Shown piece after piece: positions 16,766 to 28,000 of a stretch of DNA of 64,000 bases; within the stretch, counting starts at the first letter, position 1; every line of letters starts with the position of its first letter. Location: positions 32,001 to 96,000 of the IMG/VR virus record IMGVR_UViG_3300046820_002568; one strand, given 5' to 3'. The notes under the pieces are model-generated. The model saw nothing but the letters and a program-made list of their open reading frames with translations, did not search any database and was not told the origin of the DNA. Made by a program: the position numbers and the translations under genes. The DNA is from a virus.

Positions 16766-18934
16766 TTAGCAAGCTGGTGTTGGTTTTCCTCCAGTTGTCC
16801 AACTTGCACTTCCATCACTAGTTGTTCTGAAATTATATGTATATATTTGATAATTATTTTGAGATAGTATCACATTTCCTGATACTACCGATAAATTAAT
16901 TAATTCAATTTTTAATGAAATATCAATATACCCTGAACAAGTACCGTTAGATGAACATCCTATTAATTGATATCTTGACCAAGGTATAAAATTTTCAATA
17001 ATTGTCTGTATCTGTGTATTAATACTAGTGTTATTCTTTATTGTAATTTCGTTGCTAATCCACACTAATTGTTTTTTATATCCAACTCCTTCGGTTGAAG
17101 GGTCATTGCAACAACTATTTCCATTTGTATCTTTATACCAACTTCCGTTTAAAAACAAAGGATAAGTTGTTGGAATTGAGCAAACTCCTTCCATAAAATT
17201 AAATGGAATTCCATCAGTTACTGATTGTAAACTTATAGAATTTAAATCAATACTTGCAACGACATCTGGATTAGTAAACCCACTTGGTCCTACAACAACA
17301 TAAGCATCTAATGTAATTTTTATTCTCCCTTTCATAATTGAGTTGTCAGGTAAAAAATTAAAATTAAAAGTAGAAGTGCTATTAATTGTACTTAATAATG
17401 ATTCACCATCTTCAATTCTTGTGGAAGAACCTCCTGGTAATTGTGTTACCCATTCATTTGTGTAATTAGTAATTACACAAGGGTTAAAATTTGAAATAAA
17501 ATCAACCGGGTCAACTGTATTAATTACAAAAGATACTTCATTACTGTTACTACCGTTAGCATCTATAGCCTTTGCCTTATAATTACCAGGTTTTAAATTT
17601 TCAACCACCGGAGTATTTGTTTGATAAATAAAATCATTTTCCCCTGTTAACAAATAACTAACTGGTGAAATTCCGCCGACTGATTGTAATAAAGCCTTTC
17701 CTGATTGTTCATTAGTAACAGGAGTAAAATCTTCCTTAGCAATTAATTGTAAAGATAAACCACAAGGTCCTGAGGTTAAAGTAGCATTTGCGTTTAAATC
17801 TCCAAAAATTTTCCAATCTCCGTCTGGTTGGTCTGAGCGTGGGTTAACATTTTTAGCCGCCGAAAAAGTAAAATTAACTAAAGCACAAGCATTTGGAACG
17901 CTTAACGAAATTGGGAATATTATTGGTTGAGACTCTATAAACCACCCTCCAGGAAGAGCATCCTCAAATCTTAAAACTAATCTTTCACAACCTACTTGTT
18001 CAGGATTATCACAAAGATACCACGCCCTATAATCTATTTTTCTCGGATTTGTTTGTTTTGTAAAACTTAGTCTAAAACTAGTAGAACAATAATCAAAAGT
18101 CATACATAAATTGTCCGGCCAAATAACTTCAGGAGGTCCACCTACTGTACACTGAATATATTGAACATAATATTGGTCTTCATATCTAATGTTATATGTT
18201 CCTTGTCTAATTAAAGTTGGGATTGGTATTTGAAATTGTGAATTACCAAAGTAATATCTGTACGGTGGGGTTCCTGCAGATAATACAATAAAATCTAAAA
18301 TTCCATCAGGTTTGTCGTAAAAAGTATTATCTTGAGTATTACAACCAAATACTGGTAATGGTGGTGGTGCTGTCACAAGACAGGAAATTGGTATTCCAAA
18401 ATCACTAGTAAAATCAGTCACAAAAAAATTATAGGTACCGGCTGATATATTTCTTTTTACCCCATAAAAATCATCTACTTTTGATGCATTAATCACTTGC
18501 CCTGTTATATAATCTCTAATAATGTAGGGAGGCGTACCATTATTAATAAATAAATCAAGGCTACCATCTAAAGAATTTTCATATGTAGGACTAGTTGGAA
18601 AACACTGAACTTGCATCTGTCTTATTGTCGTGACATTACAGTCTGAGGTGGTAACAACTGAACCCTCTCCAAACTGAGAGTGGAATATTGTTTCAGTTGT
18701 TGGGCAAGGATTTGAGGTTAAGCATGTTTCACAATCTGTCTGCTGTGTTAACGAAATTGCATTATATGTGGGTGGAGCATAATTAAGTGCGGGAAGATTA
18801 ACATAAATTGCACAAAATACCGCCCCCTCTTGTGTTTGAATATTATAAACTTCAAACTCTGAAACCGTAGCAGGGACACTATTAATTAAGAAAAAGTTAA
18901 GACCGTTACAACAATCCTGAAATCCAAGAGCCAT
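16766..18934 (-). CDS. Cys-rich protein with SprB-like repeats (putative virion appendage), paralogue of 18977..21406
   Basis: N-terminal MALGFQDCC module; GTPPY...AGTYNFFVTD and LKPGNYKAKAIDANG repeats. Confidence 0.7.
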   Translation of the reverse strand: MALGFQDCCNGLNFFLINSVPATVSEFEVYNIQTQEGAVFCAIYVNLPALNYAPPTYNAISLTQQTDCETCLTSNPCPTTETIFHSQFGEGSVVTTSDCNVTTIRQMQVQCFPTSPTYENSLDGSLDLFINNGTPPYIIRDYITGQVINASKVDDFYGVKRNISAGTYNFFVTDFTSDFGIPISCLVTAPPPLPVFGCNTQDNTFYDKPDGILDFIVLSAGTPPYRYYFGNSQFQIPIPTLIRQGTYNIRYEDQYYVQYIQCTVGGPPEVIWPDNLCMTFDYCSTSFRLSFTKQTNPRKIDYRAWYLCDNPEQVGCERLVLRFEDALPGGWFIESQPIIFPISLSVPNACALVNFTFSAAKNVNPRSDQPDGDWKIFGDLNANATLTSGPCGLSLQLIAKEDFTPVTNEQSGKALLQSVGGISPVSYLLTGENDFIYQTNTPVVENLKPGNYKAKAIDANGSNSNEVSFVINTVDPVDFISNFNPCVITNYTNEWVTQLPGGSSTRIEDGESLLSTINSTSTFNFNFLPDNSIMKGRIKITLDAYVVVGPSGFTNPDVVASIDLNSISLQSVTDGIPFNFMEGVCSIPTTYPLFLNGSWYKDTNGNSCCNDPSTEGVGYKKQLVWISNEITIKNNTSINTQIQTIIENFIPWSRYQLIGCSSNGTCSGYIDISLKIELINLSVVSGNVILSQNNYQIYTYNFRTTSDGSASWTTGGKPTPAC

Positions 18935-18939
18935 TACCT

Positions 18940-18946
18940 ATAAATA
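18940..18946 (-). promoter_or_regulatory. TATTTAT motif (putative late promoter)
   Basis: 5 nt before ATG 18934. Confidence 0.55.
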
Positions 18947-18976
18947 ACCTTTTTTTTGTTTTTGTGAAGATTAAAA

Positions 18977-21406
18977 TTAAGGAGCCCAAGAAGGTATTGA
19001 TGTCGTATTTTGCGATACAAAAACCGCAAGTTTTTGAGTTTCTGTAAGTAAACTAGGACTACCGGATTGATTGACTCCGTATCTGCTATCTAAACCAAAT
19101 CTAAATTTAGTCGTGACAACATTACCTCCAGGAGTTGCACTATTTAAATTATTAGCAGTACTATCTATTTGAACGCATGGTTGGGTTGGCGGAGTCACTA
19201 TATTTCTTGAAAACCAAGATAATGAGATTGAGAATTGATTTGCAGATATTTCTCTAAAATTATTAGTGTTAGGTACATTTAATTTAGCGCATCCTATGGG
19301 TGTGTAACACTGTGGTTGTATTGTGGTACTATCAGTTTCGCGTAAAATAGTTGGTATAAACTCCGGCATATTATTTCTAAGTTTAACTGTATATTTTATA
19401 TAAATTTTAGTATTTGTATTAATTAAAATTGATTCACTATCAAAATAAGTTTGATTTCCAAAATTTTTAGCTCTAGTGTCTCCCTCAATAAAACTACTAA
19501 AACTCCAAGGATTATCACAACTAACCCAATAATTTGGTGAAGTTCTTAAAGTGCCCTGACATAAATCTGGATTATTTCTAATATCCCAAAAACCTAAATT
19601 ATCTTGTCCATAGGTAAAATTTCCTTGATACGGACTAGTGTCAGGTGAAAATCTTAATTCAGGATTTGCATAGAAACTTTGTGGTCCACTACCATTATCC
19701 ACCCAAGCCTCACTAATTTGTAAATTTAGTATTTGAGCAGTTGTCGGTGTATTGTACCCATAATCACCAGTAGTAACTTGATTGTTAAGTGTGGTTCTCA
19801 ATCTTATAGTAAATGAAGCACCTTCTGGAAAATTTGAAAATTCATAATAATTTTCAACTACAGTATTAAATTCTTTATATTGACCTTCTTGTATTGGTCC
19901 ATCTATAGCCGTTCCAGTTATTGTTGCACTTGCAACATTTGAGTAAAAATTCACACTTGATGAACCAACAACTTGATTCGAGGATGATATTGTAAAACTA
20001 ATCACAGAACTTTCAGTTCCAATACTATCTTTAACTTTGATTGAATAGGTTCCAGCAATTAAAGAAAGTTGAGTTGCACTTGTCTGTTGATATGTTATCC
20101 CGTTCGAACTGTAGAAGTAAGTATATGGGGGTCCAAATCCTCCGACCGCTTGGTAAATTACTTGTCCTAATTTAACCGGGGGACCGGCACAGTAATTATC
20201 TGTACTTAAAACTCTTACAGAAGGAGGACATCCCCCAACAGTTATGGGTACTATAGTGCTAATAATTATACCGAGTCCTAAAAAACTACCTTGTGGTAAT
20301 GCAAGAGGTCCCAAACCTGTTCTTTGTAATCTAAATGTATTATTTGTTAAATTACAATTTCCTGGAGGTGTGTCAAATTGTATATCTTCAACTTGTACCA
20401 ATTCATTTGTTGTTACCCATCCAGCACCTCCTCCAAAATTTAACTCATATCTCAACTTTAATTCAGTCATACCAAAGACCGATGGATTTATACAATTGTA
20501 TACAGGTCTATAATTATAAAATTCTGATGTTAATTGGAATGACATTCTGAACTCGGTTCCGCAAAATGTAAAAGTCGCACAAAGATTAGTAGGGTAATTA
20601 GGGTAATCTGGCTGTGTTACAACAGCTTCGACCTCAATTAGATATTCTTCCGAATCTATAACCTGAAAATAATAAGTTCCAGCAAGTAATCCAGTTAATG
20701 GTAATTCAATTGTCTCACCTTCGTAAATTACAGTATAAGGACCTATTCCACCTGTAATATTTAAATCAATTGACCCGTCAGGAGCATTAAAGAAAGATGC
20801 TGGCGTCACAATTGGAACTGCAATTGGTATCGGTGGTGGTCCTGATAATACACAATTTCTTGTTATTGAGAAATCGCCTGTACTGTCAATTGTGGTTATT
20901 GAGTATGTTCCAGCGCTTACATTTTGATATAAAAGATAGATGTCCTCGGTCTGAATAACACTAAGTATGTCTTGAGTTCCAGCACTTATAAAAGTATACG
21001 GAGGAGTACCTCCAACCACAAAAAGTGCAACACTTCCATCAGGTGTATTTGAAAATGTAGGGTTAACTGATTGACATTGTGCAATCATTGGTTGTAATGT
21101 GTTAACCTGACAATCTGTGTCAATTTGAACTGAACCTGCGGTAAATTGATTAACTAAAATAATATCTTCAGCAGGGCATGGGTATAATTCAATGCAGGTA
21201 TTACAGTCTATTTGTTGTGTTAATTCAAGTAAAATATAATTTGGTGCTTGATAATTCAGCGTAGGTATTTGAACATATGTCGAACAAAAGTTTAACCCTT
21301 CAAGAGTTCTAATATAATACACTTCAAATTCAGAAACACTTGCGGGTATCCCTGTTACTGTAAAGTAACTAAATTCATTACAACATTCTCTAAATCCAAA
21401 AGCCAT
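18977..21406 (-). CDS. Cys-rich protein with SprB-like repeats, paralogue of 16766..18934
   Basis: MAFGFRECC module; DGSIDLNITGGIGPYT...GLLAGTYYFQVIDS repeats. Confidence 0.7.
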   Translation of the reverse strand: MAFGFRECCNEFSYFTVTGIPASVSEFEVYYIRTLEGLNFCSTYVQIPTLNYQAPNYILLELTQQIDCNTCIELYPCPAEDIILVNQFTAGSVQIDTDCQVNTLQPMIAQCQSVNPTFSNTPDGSVALFVVGGTPPYTFISAGTQDILSVIQTEDIYLLYQNVSAGTYSITTIDSTGDFSITRNCVLSGPPPIPIAVPIVTPASFFNAPDGSIDLNITGGIGPYTVIYEGETIELPLTGLLAGTYYFQVIDSEEYLIEVEAVVTQPDYPNYPTNLCATFTFCGTEFRMSFQLTSEFYNYRPVYNCINPSVFGMTELKLRYELNFGGGAGWVTTNELVQVEDIQFDTPPGNCNLTNNTFRLQRTGLGPLALPQGSFLGLGIIISTIVPITVGGCPPSVRVLSTDNYCAGPPVKLGQVIYQAVGGFGPPYTYFYSSNGITYQQTSATQLSLIAGTYSIKVKDSIGTESSVISFTISSSNQVVGSSSVNFYSNVASATITGTAIDGPIQEGQYKEFNTVVENYYEFSNFPEGASFTIRLRTTLNNQVTTGDYGYNTPTTAQILNLQISEAWVDNGSGPQSFYANPELRFSPDTSPYQGNFTYGQDNLGFWDIRNNPDLCQGTLRTSPNYWVSCDNPWSFSSFIEGDTRAKNFGNQTYFDSESILINTNTKIYIKYTVKLRNNMPEFIPTILRETDSTTIQPQCYTPIGCAKLNVPNTNNFREISANQFSISLSWFSRNIVTPPTQPCVQIDSTANNLNSATPGGNVVTTKFRFGLDSRYGVNQSGSPSLLTETQKLAVFVSQNTTSIPSWAP

Positions 21407-21409
21407 ATT

Positions 21410-21787
21410 TTATAAACAAATATTATTAATATTATTTGATTTTGTAGGTGTTTGTGTTGGGGTTGGAGTCATTGATAATCCTATTGTAGGTGTAATTGAT
21501 GGGGTTGGGGTAATTGTTGGTGTTGGTGTATTGGTCGGAGTAATCGATGGTGTTGGTGTTGGTGATGGTTGGGTATAAGGTTGAAATAATTGACATCCAT
21601 TTGCATCAATTATTTTTATTATAAATGAAGTTGCTCCTTCTAATGTTGTTGGATATGTTATTATTATCGGATAAGTAGGTGAGGTAACCGTTTCAATAAA
21701 AACACATTCAACCATTCCTATGTCACACATGTATATATCAAAAGGTGAGGTTCCTGATATTGAATTTATTTGTATTTGACAAGCCAT
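21410..21787 (-). CDS. Small Cys module plus PT tail
   Basis: INSISGTSPFDIYMCD...C...KIIDANGC followed by a TPTPS run. Confidence 0.75.
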   Translation of the reverse strand: MACQIQINSISGTSPFDIYMCDIGMVECVFIETVTSPTYPIIITYPTTLEGATSFIIKIIDANGCQLFQPYTQPSPTPTPSITPTNTPTPTITPTPSITPTIGLSMTPTPTQTPTKSNNINNICL

Positions 21788-21799
21788 ATTGTATAAGTA

Positions 21800-22678
21800 T
21801 TACCAACATATGATTACAACTAATCCATTTCCTCCAGCACCTCCTCGTCCTCCTGTAACTCCAGCACCTCCTCCTCCACCTCCTGAGGCGATTGCACCAT
21901 CACCACCCTTTCCTCCTGTACCTGTTCCAAATGAACCTCCTCCTCCGCCTCCTGTAGATAAGAATGGTTGGTAAGATAAGTATCCTCCAGTTCCATTACC
22001 ACCATCTACAATACCGCCACCGACTAAAGGTGTTAATGTCGATGCAACTATTGACCCACCTATAAAACCTATATTATTTGTTCCTACACCAGCACCACCC
22101 GCACCTCCGCTATGTAATACTGCATAACTACCAGAAGTTGGGATTGGAGATAATTGAAATGTTATGCTAGTTCCAGCAGCAGCTCCACTTCCTCCGTTAC
22201 CTCCTCCTTGATTTCCAATAAAAGATGTTACTCCAAGCCCAGCCATTATTGTATTAGTAATCGAATTTGTACCCTGTGAAGCACCTCCTGTGGCGCCAAC
22301 TCCTGTAGCACCTCCTGAAGCAGTAATAAGTCTTGTAGCATTTGAGGTAGAACCTCTTGATAATGTTACAACTGAAGCACCCCCTCCATTACCAGCACTA
22401 GCCGGTGCCCCTCCATTACCACCTATACCTACTGTTATTTCCAAACTATCACTTATGACTGCGGCAGGTACGCAAATTTTAGACATGTTTCCACTTGCGC
22501 CTCCTCCTCCCCCAGCCCTTGAGGTTCCGGCTGCTCCTGAACCTCCACCACTTCCACCACCTCCGGCTCCATATACTTGAATATAAACCATGGAAATTCC
22601 TCTTGGTTTATACCAAACACCAGATGTGTAAAAAAATTGTACTTTCTGACTTGAGTCAGGTAAATTATATAAGTCCAT
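21800..22678 (-). CDS. Glycine-rich putative adhesin/tail-fibre tip protein (paralogue 3)
   Basis: FYTSGVWYKPRGISMVYIQVYGAGGGG...GGNGLVVIICW, a phage glycine-rich domain pattern. Confidence 0.75.
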   Translation of the reverse strand: MDLYNLPDSSQKVQFFYTSGVWYKPRGISMVYIQVYGAGGGGSGGGSGAAGTSRAGGGGGASGNMSKICVPAAVISDSLEITVGIGGNGGAPASAGNGGGASVVTLSRGSTSNATRLITASGGATGVGATGGASQGTNSITNTIMAGLGVTSFIGNQGGGNGGSGAAAGTSITFQLSPIPTSGSYAVLHSGGAGGAGVGTNNIGFIGGSIVASTLTPLVGGGIVDGGNGTGGYLSYQPFLSTGGGGGGSFGTGTGGKGGDGAIASGGGGGGAGVTGGRGGAGGNGLVVIICW

Positions 22679-22679
22679 A

Positions 22680-23543
22680 TTACCAACAAGTTATTATTAC
22701 TATTCCATCTCCTCCCTTTCCTCCGGGTCCATTATTAGAAACTGTGCCTCCGTTACCTCCTCCTCCACCTCCACATCCATATCCTCCATCACCTCCGGCC
22801 CCTCCACCAGCTAAAGAGGTATTATACGCACCTCCACCAGAGCCCCCTATCGAGTAAAATGGTGAAAAATTTGTGTAACCATTAACACCTCGGTTATTTG
22901 AGTCCCCGTTTGGTCCTCCTGGAATTGTTTGTATTATATCATTTATTCCTACCACACTTCCTCCACTAAGTCCAACACCTCCAGACCTTCCTCCACCGGC
23001 TGCGGCGGCGTATAAAACATGGGTTGCTGCCGATATTACTGAATTAGTACCACTACCTGAAAGTACTCCGGCAGTTCCTGCTTGTCCAGCAACTGTATTT
23101 ACAATACCCAATGGTCCAAGTCTATAGTTAGTGGTGGTCGCAATTATAGCCGCGGTGCCACCTGCTCCACCACCAGTTCCTCTAGTACCTCCTCCACCAC
23201 CACTTGCGGTAATGACAGTTGTGTCCCCATTCGATGTACTGAAATATACTGAAGATGTTCCTCCTGCGGCGCCATTTGAGTTAACGGTACCTACTCCTCC
23301 CTTTCCCACAACTATTGTTAATGTGTCGGGTAAAAGAACAGCGGGAATTAATATTCTACTAACCCCTCCACTACCTCCAGCACCTCCACCTGTATATTGA
23401 GCATCTCCACTACCTCCAGAACCTCCGCCACCTCCTGCACCAATACAAAGTATTTGAACCATAACAATCCCATCAGGTTTTTTCCATGAACCATTTTCAA
23501 CAAAAATTTGATTTCTATATGAACTATAAGGTAAATTATACAT
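22680..23543 (-). CDS. Glycine-rich putative adhesin (paralogue 2)
   Basis: WKKPDGIVMVQILCIGAGGGG...GGDGIVIITCW. Confidence 0.75.
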   Translation of the reverse strand: MYNLPYSSYRNQIFVENGSWKKPDGIVMVQILCIGAGGGGGSGGSGDAQYTGGGAGGSGGVSRILIPAVLLPDTLTIVVGKGGVGTVNSNGAAGGTSSVYFSTSNGDTTVITASGGGGGTRGTGGGAGGTAAIIATTTNYRLGPLGIVNTVAGQAGTAGVLSGSGTNSVISAATHVLYAAAAGGGRSGGVGLSGGSVVGINDIIQTIPGGPNGDSNNRGVNGYTNFSPFYSIGGSGGGAYNTSLAGGGAGGDGGYGCGGGGGGNGGTVSNNGPGGKGGDGIVIITCW

Positions 23544-23544
23544 A

Positions 23545-24444
23545 TTAATATGAAACTATTATTACTAAACCATTTCCGCCATTTCCACCAGCAGCCCCAA
23601 TTCCTGGAGATGTTCCGGCACCTCCTCCTCCACCTCCTGAACCAATATTTCCATCTCCACCTCTTCCACCATTACCAGAATTAACCGCAGTGGTAGGATT
23701 ACCCCCACCTCCACTACCTCCAACTGATAAAAATCCTTGGTTAAATATTCTAAACATACCTGTTGTTCCGCTAACTCCAGTATTTGCTCCACCTGAGTTA
23801 GTCGCAACAAAAGAAGTAATTCCGACAACATTACCTCCTTGTGAAGCAAGGTTAGTATTAGTAGCTCCTCCTCCTCCGTTTCCTCCTGAGGTTGGGGGAG
23901 TATTTCCTCCAGCCGCAAATGTTATTGTAGGTGTATTTGCCAATCCTCCTCCTCCACCTGATTGTCCGGCACTTGTTGTAAATAAACTTATATTCGTTAA
24001 TTTTTGGTTTGCAATTGCCGAAACTGCATTAGTTCCTCCAGCACCTATAGCTGTAGAACCAGAAGTTCCACCACCTCCACCTGTCGCTCTTGCGATAACA
24101 AAATTAGCCCCTCCATTATAAAATGCCTCAACATAACTATTACCTCCAGTACCTCCAGAAAACGATGAACCAGTTGCTCCATTACCACCGACTCCGACTG
24201 TAACATATAATTCATCGGGTAATAAAGAAGCTTGTAATATTGTATTATAAATAGAACCAGCGGCGCCACCTCCACCTCCAGCTCTGTTAACTCCTGAAGT
24301 TCCATTAAATCCTCCTCCACCTCCACCTCCAGCACCTATACAAGTAATGAAAACCATAGAAATTCCTTTTGGCTTTCTCCAAACACCCGTATTATAAAAA
24401 ATTTGGGTTCTATAATCAGTATTTGCTAAATCAAATAAATCCAT
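23545..24444 (-). CDS. Glycine-rich putative adhesin (paralogue 1)
   Basis: WRKPKGISMVFITCIGAGGGG...GGNGLVIIVSY. Confidence 0.75.
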   Translation of the reverse strand: MDLFDLANTDYRTQIFYNTGVWRKPKGISMVFITCIGAGGGGGGGFNGTSGVNRAGGGGGAAGSIYNTILQASLLPDELYVTVGVGGNGATGSSFSGGTGGNSYVEAFYNGGANFVIARATGGGGGTSGSTAIGAGGTNAVSAIANQKLTNISLFTTSAGQSGGGGGLANTPTITFAAGGNTPPTSGGNGGGGATNTNLASQGGNVVGITSFVATNSGGANTGVSGTTGMFRIFNQGFLSVGGSGGGGNPTTAVNSGNGGRGGDGNIGSGGGGGGAGTSPGIGAAGGNGGNGLVIIVSY

Positions 24445-24446
24445 AA

Positions 24447-24635
24447 TTAATGCTCACCCCAAGATGGAAATGGTGGATTTTCATCTATTGTATAACCACC
24501 ATAAGCCCCATCAAATGTTAATGTATTTCCTGATAAATCAGTATATCTTGTTAATTGTGTAAATCGATTATCATATTCAGCATAACCCGTACTAACAGGT
24601 GAACCATATTCAAAATAAATTAAATGATAAATCAT
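24447..24635 (-). CDS. Small hypothetical protein (possible fibre assembly factor)
   Basis: 62-aa ORF translationally coupled (TAATG) to the upstream gene. Confidence 0.65.
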   Translation of the reverse strand: MIYHLIYFEYGSPVSTGYAEYDNRFTQLTRYTDLSGNTLTFDGAYGGYTIDENPPFPSWGEH

Positions 24636-25048
24636 TAGTAATCTCCTCCAATAACTGTCGCAATTATACCACCAGTTGTACTCGTACCAAATGTACAGTA
24701 AATCCTATACCCAGCAGGTAGTGCAAATCCAAGTGGTAATTCGTAGTTTATTGATGCGGCATTTTGTACCAAAGTGTTTGCGGCAACAGTTATTTCATCC
24801 CATAAAGTATTGTTGGTCGCAGTTGTTGTGGCACCACCATTATTAATGAAAACTCTAACTACAGTTGCCGAGTTAGTTCCTTGATGACGAAATCTTATTT
24901 TTTGGACATAACTTCCATTTGTACCTCCAGTAAAAACTGGATATATTGTACCTGAAGTTAAATCAGTTGTGGTGTTAAAAGCTATCATTGACACACTCCA
25001 TTGAGCTTCTCCTGCTATCGAAAATATCGGTTGAGTATTTGCTGGCAC
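24635..25048 (-). CDS. Small beta-rich virion protein (possible fibre-tip adaptor)
   Basis: GTG start; VRVFINNG...LPAGYRI...GGDY; lies between the long fibre and the Gly-rich trio. Confidence 0.65.
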   Translation of the reverse strand: MPANTQPIFSIAGEAQWSVSMIAFNTTTDLTSGTIYPVFTGGTNGSYVQKIRFRHQGTNSATVVRVFINNGGATTTATNNTLWDEITVAANTLVQNAASINYELPLGFALPAGYRIYCTFGTSTTGGIIATVIGGDY

Positions 25049-25077
25049 TTGATTATTGTTTTATTAGTTTATTTTTT

Positions 25078-28000
25078 TTATAAAAAGTTAAAATTATTTG
25101 CTGTAGTGTAAACAGTTCCGAGAGACGACCCTCCTCCTGTTGAATTTATTGTTACGCTTCCTGTACCTCCTGTTGGTGAAATTGTTATATTTGTTCCCGC
25201 AACTATTTGGGTAACTCCTCCTCCACCTCCTGTTCCGGCACTAAATACAAGTGTATTTGTCGCAGCTGAAGTGATGGTTATGTTAATACCACTAAAGTTT
25301 AGGTTTGCAGTATTTGACTCCGCACTAAACTGAGTATTATTGTCAATTTGTATGTTTTTGAATATATTTTGAGACGAACCCCCATCACTATTTGCTATTG
25401 TGAAGTTTGGATAAGTTCCTCCTGTTGTTATACCTGTTCCTCCTGATATTGTAACGGTTTGGTCAGGAGCACTATTTGTTATTGTGAAGTTTGGATAAGT
25501 TCCTCCTGTTGTTATACCTGTTCCTCCTGATATTGTAACAGGTGTAATCCAACTATCTAATTTTCCACTAACATCAGCATATGGTATAGCATTTGCAGTT
25601 GGTGTGGTAGTGCCTACCGCATCTGCACCTCCAAATTTGTGTCTATCGGCATGTGTCTGAATAGTTACACTATTAATTGTACCGGCGCTAGTAATATTAT
25701 TACCACCCATATCAAGATTACCTGACATAGCTCTACCGCCATCCACTAAAAGATATTGTAAGTGGTCATCCGAGGTTAATCCTAACAAATTTCCGTGAAC
25801 TGATGACGCATTAACCCCACCAGCTCTAAATCCAACCGTAGGTCTGATGTCCTCAATTTGGATAATATTGGAATCGCCTTGTCTAATATATATTGAAGCA
25901 ACTTGCGCAACCGAATCTATAAAATATGATGGTGGGGTCGGTAGTAGTGCGTTTTCAGCTTCAACTAAAGTTGTATATTCATCTTGACCTAACACCAACA
26001 TAAATTGTTCGTCCACACCATCCCCCACAACATATAATGTATGTTTAGTATACGCAGATGATGTTAGACCTGTTAATGTACCGTTATTATCATACTGAGT
26101 GTTATTAACTAAAGTTGTTGCAGATGTAATCCAAGTTGACCCTGTCCCGTTTCTATAATATTGTGTAAATGTGATTCCAGTACCTCCACTAGGTGTAAAT
26201 TCATTCGTTGCGTAATAGTATTCACCCTGTGTAACATCTAAAGTAAATAGAGTTGACCCTTCAGTAGTAATTGACCCAAAAGCATAAATAGGCCCTAAAG
26301 CCTCTCTAAATAAACTTCCGTATCTATTTGAAGTGTGTGAAGCATTAAATGGTGATTGGTCAATTATTAATATAGATGACGCATCTGTAACAACTCTACC
26401 AAGTAAAATATTATATGAAGAATCAGGTCTTGTACCCGATGAACTTAATATTTCATTTTCATTATAATATATGTATAAATCAGAGTTTACTGATAGTGAT
26501 AAAGTGCTGGTTGACCAATCAATTCTTTTAACAGTTCCATCATTAATAGATTTTTCTAAATATCCAAATCCTGCGGCCACACTTACGGTAGTTCCTCCTC
26601 CGTCAGATAAAGTCCCACCGCTTATAACTCCCATAGAACCACCCTCAAAAATCAAAGTTGTAAAATCGGTATGTGTTCCATCGGCAAATGTTACAGATGC
26701 CTTTCTAGTTATATCAAATTCACCATCATTAATATCTAAAATGGACCAATACACATCACTACTTAAAGTAAATAATTTTTGGTGATTTGAACTACCGGCA
26801 AGAGTACCAAAAGTATTTACACTTTCAATGTATAAATCCCATTCTCCATTTACAAAACTTGCATTATCAACGTCAAATCTAACTGAACCTCCAACATTTG
26901 GATTTATAATACCATAAGTAAACCCATCACAAGTTATTGTAGATGCGTTTAATTCAGCATTGTCTTGTATGTAATAGGCAGTTGTCCCTGAAACACCATT
27001 ACTCACATTATCCCCAAGAAAAACTGATATGGTAGCGCCACTTCCTGTCGCATAATTACAATATGTTACACCAGTACCCGTTGGGAAATTATAGTAGTTT
27101 TCCATATTAGCAATTGCTAAGTATCCATTATTAGCAACTACTTTTGTTCCGTAGGTGTACTCTCCGTTAAAATCTAAATACTCACCAAAAAACTTGGTGT
27201 CCTGATTATCCACCTCAACCCAAATATTCGTATCACAATCATAAAAAGCCACTTTGTGAGCCTGAGCATAATCCCCAATGTCGTAACAGTATATACCTGC
27301 ATAACCTGAAGGAGCCCCACTAAGTGTTAAAAATGAGACTTCATTATTAACACCAATACTAATTATGTGTTGAGTATTTCCTGATGGTTTAATTAATGTT
27401 GTTTGAATATTGCTACCGACAATACTAACATAAGGTGTAGTCGTTAAATCAATTTCACCTTCTGTAAATTCACCGGGTCCAACAGAAATAATATATCTAT
27501 TAGAACTTGATGTATTTCCTGATAATTTTAAGTAATCGACCGCACTTTTTATAGATGTAAAATCCCCACCTTTTTTACTAACCGTAATTTCTTTTGGGTC
27601 TTGATTAACCTCATAAAGAGGAGAGTCTTGATTGATAATTGTCTTTAAGAAATTATCAGTTCCTTGTATTTTACCTGTCGCCCCTGAATGAGCAATATTT
27701 ACATCAATTGTATTGTTTTCAAAATTTAAAGCAATTGCATCTATACTTGGAGCCGAACCTATTTGAGGGGCATCAATTCCGACAGCCCATCTTTGGAAGT
27801 TAACTGCGGTTAGTCTTAAAAATCCTCCGTTTTCTACATAGAATCCCGTTCCAGCTGCGGCGCCAACCGCCTTAGTTAATAGACATCCATTAACAATGAA
27901 TCCACAACTTGCGGCATCCGCCTTTGCAAAAATAAGACCTGTTGTTGTCACAATTCCACCATTAGTTGATGTAACATTTCTCAACTGCATTCTACCAATA

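Noticed and set aside
21789-24335. Plus-strand Pro-rich ORFs and alternative-frame Glu/Val-rich ORFs
   Set aside because: Shadows of the GGA/GGT-rich glycine codons of the real minus-strand genes.
21800-24444. Collagen-like proteins
   Set aside because: Gly occurs in runs (GGxGG), not in sustained Gly-X-Y triplets.
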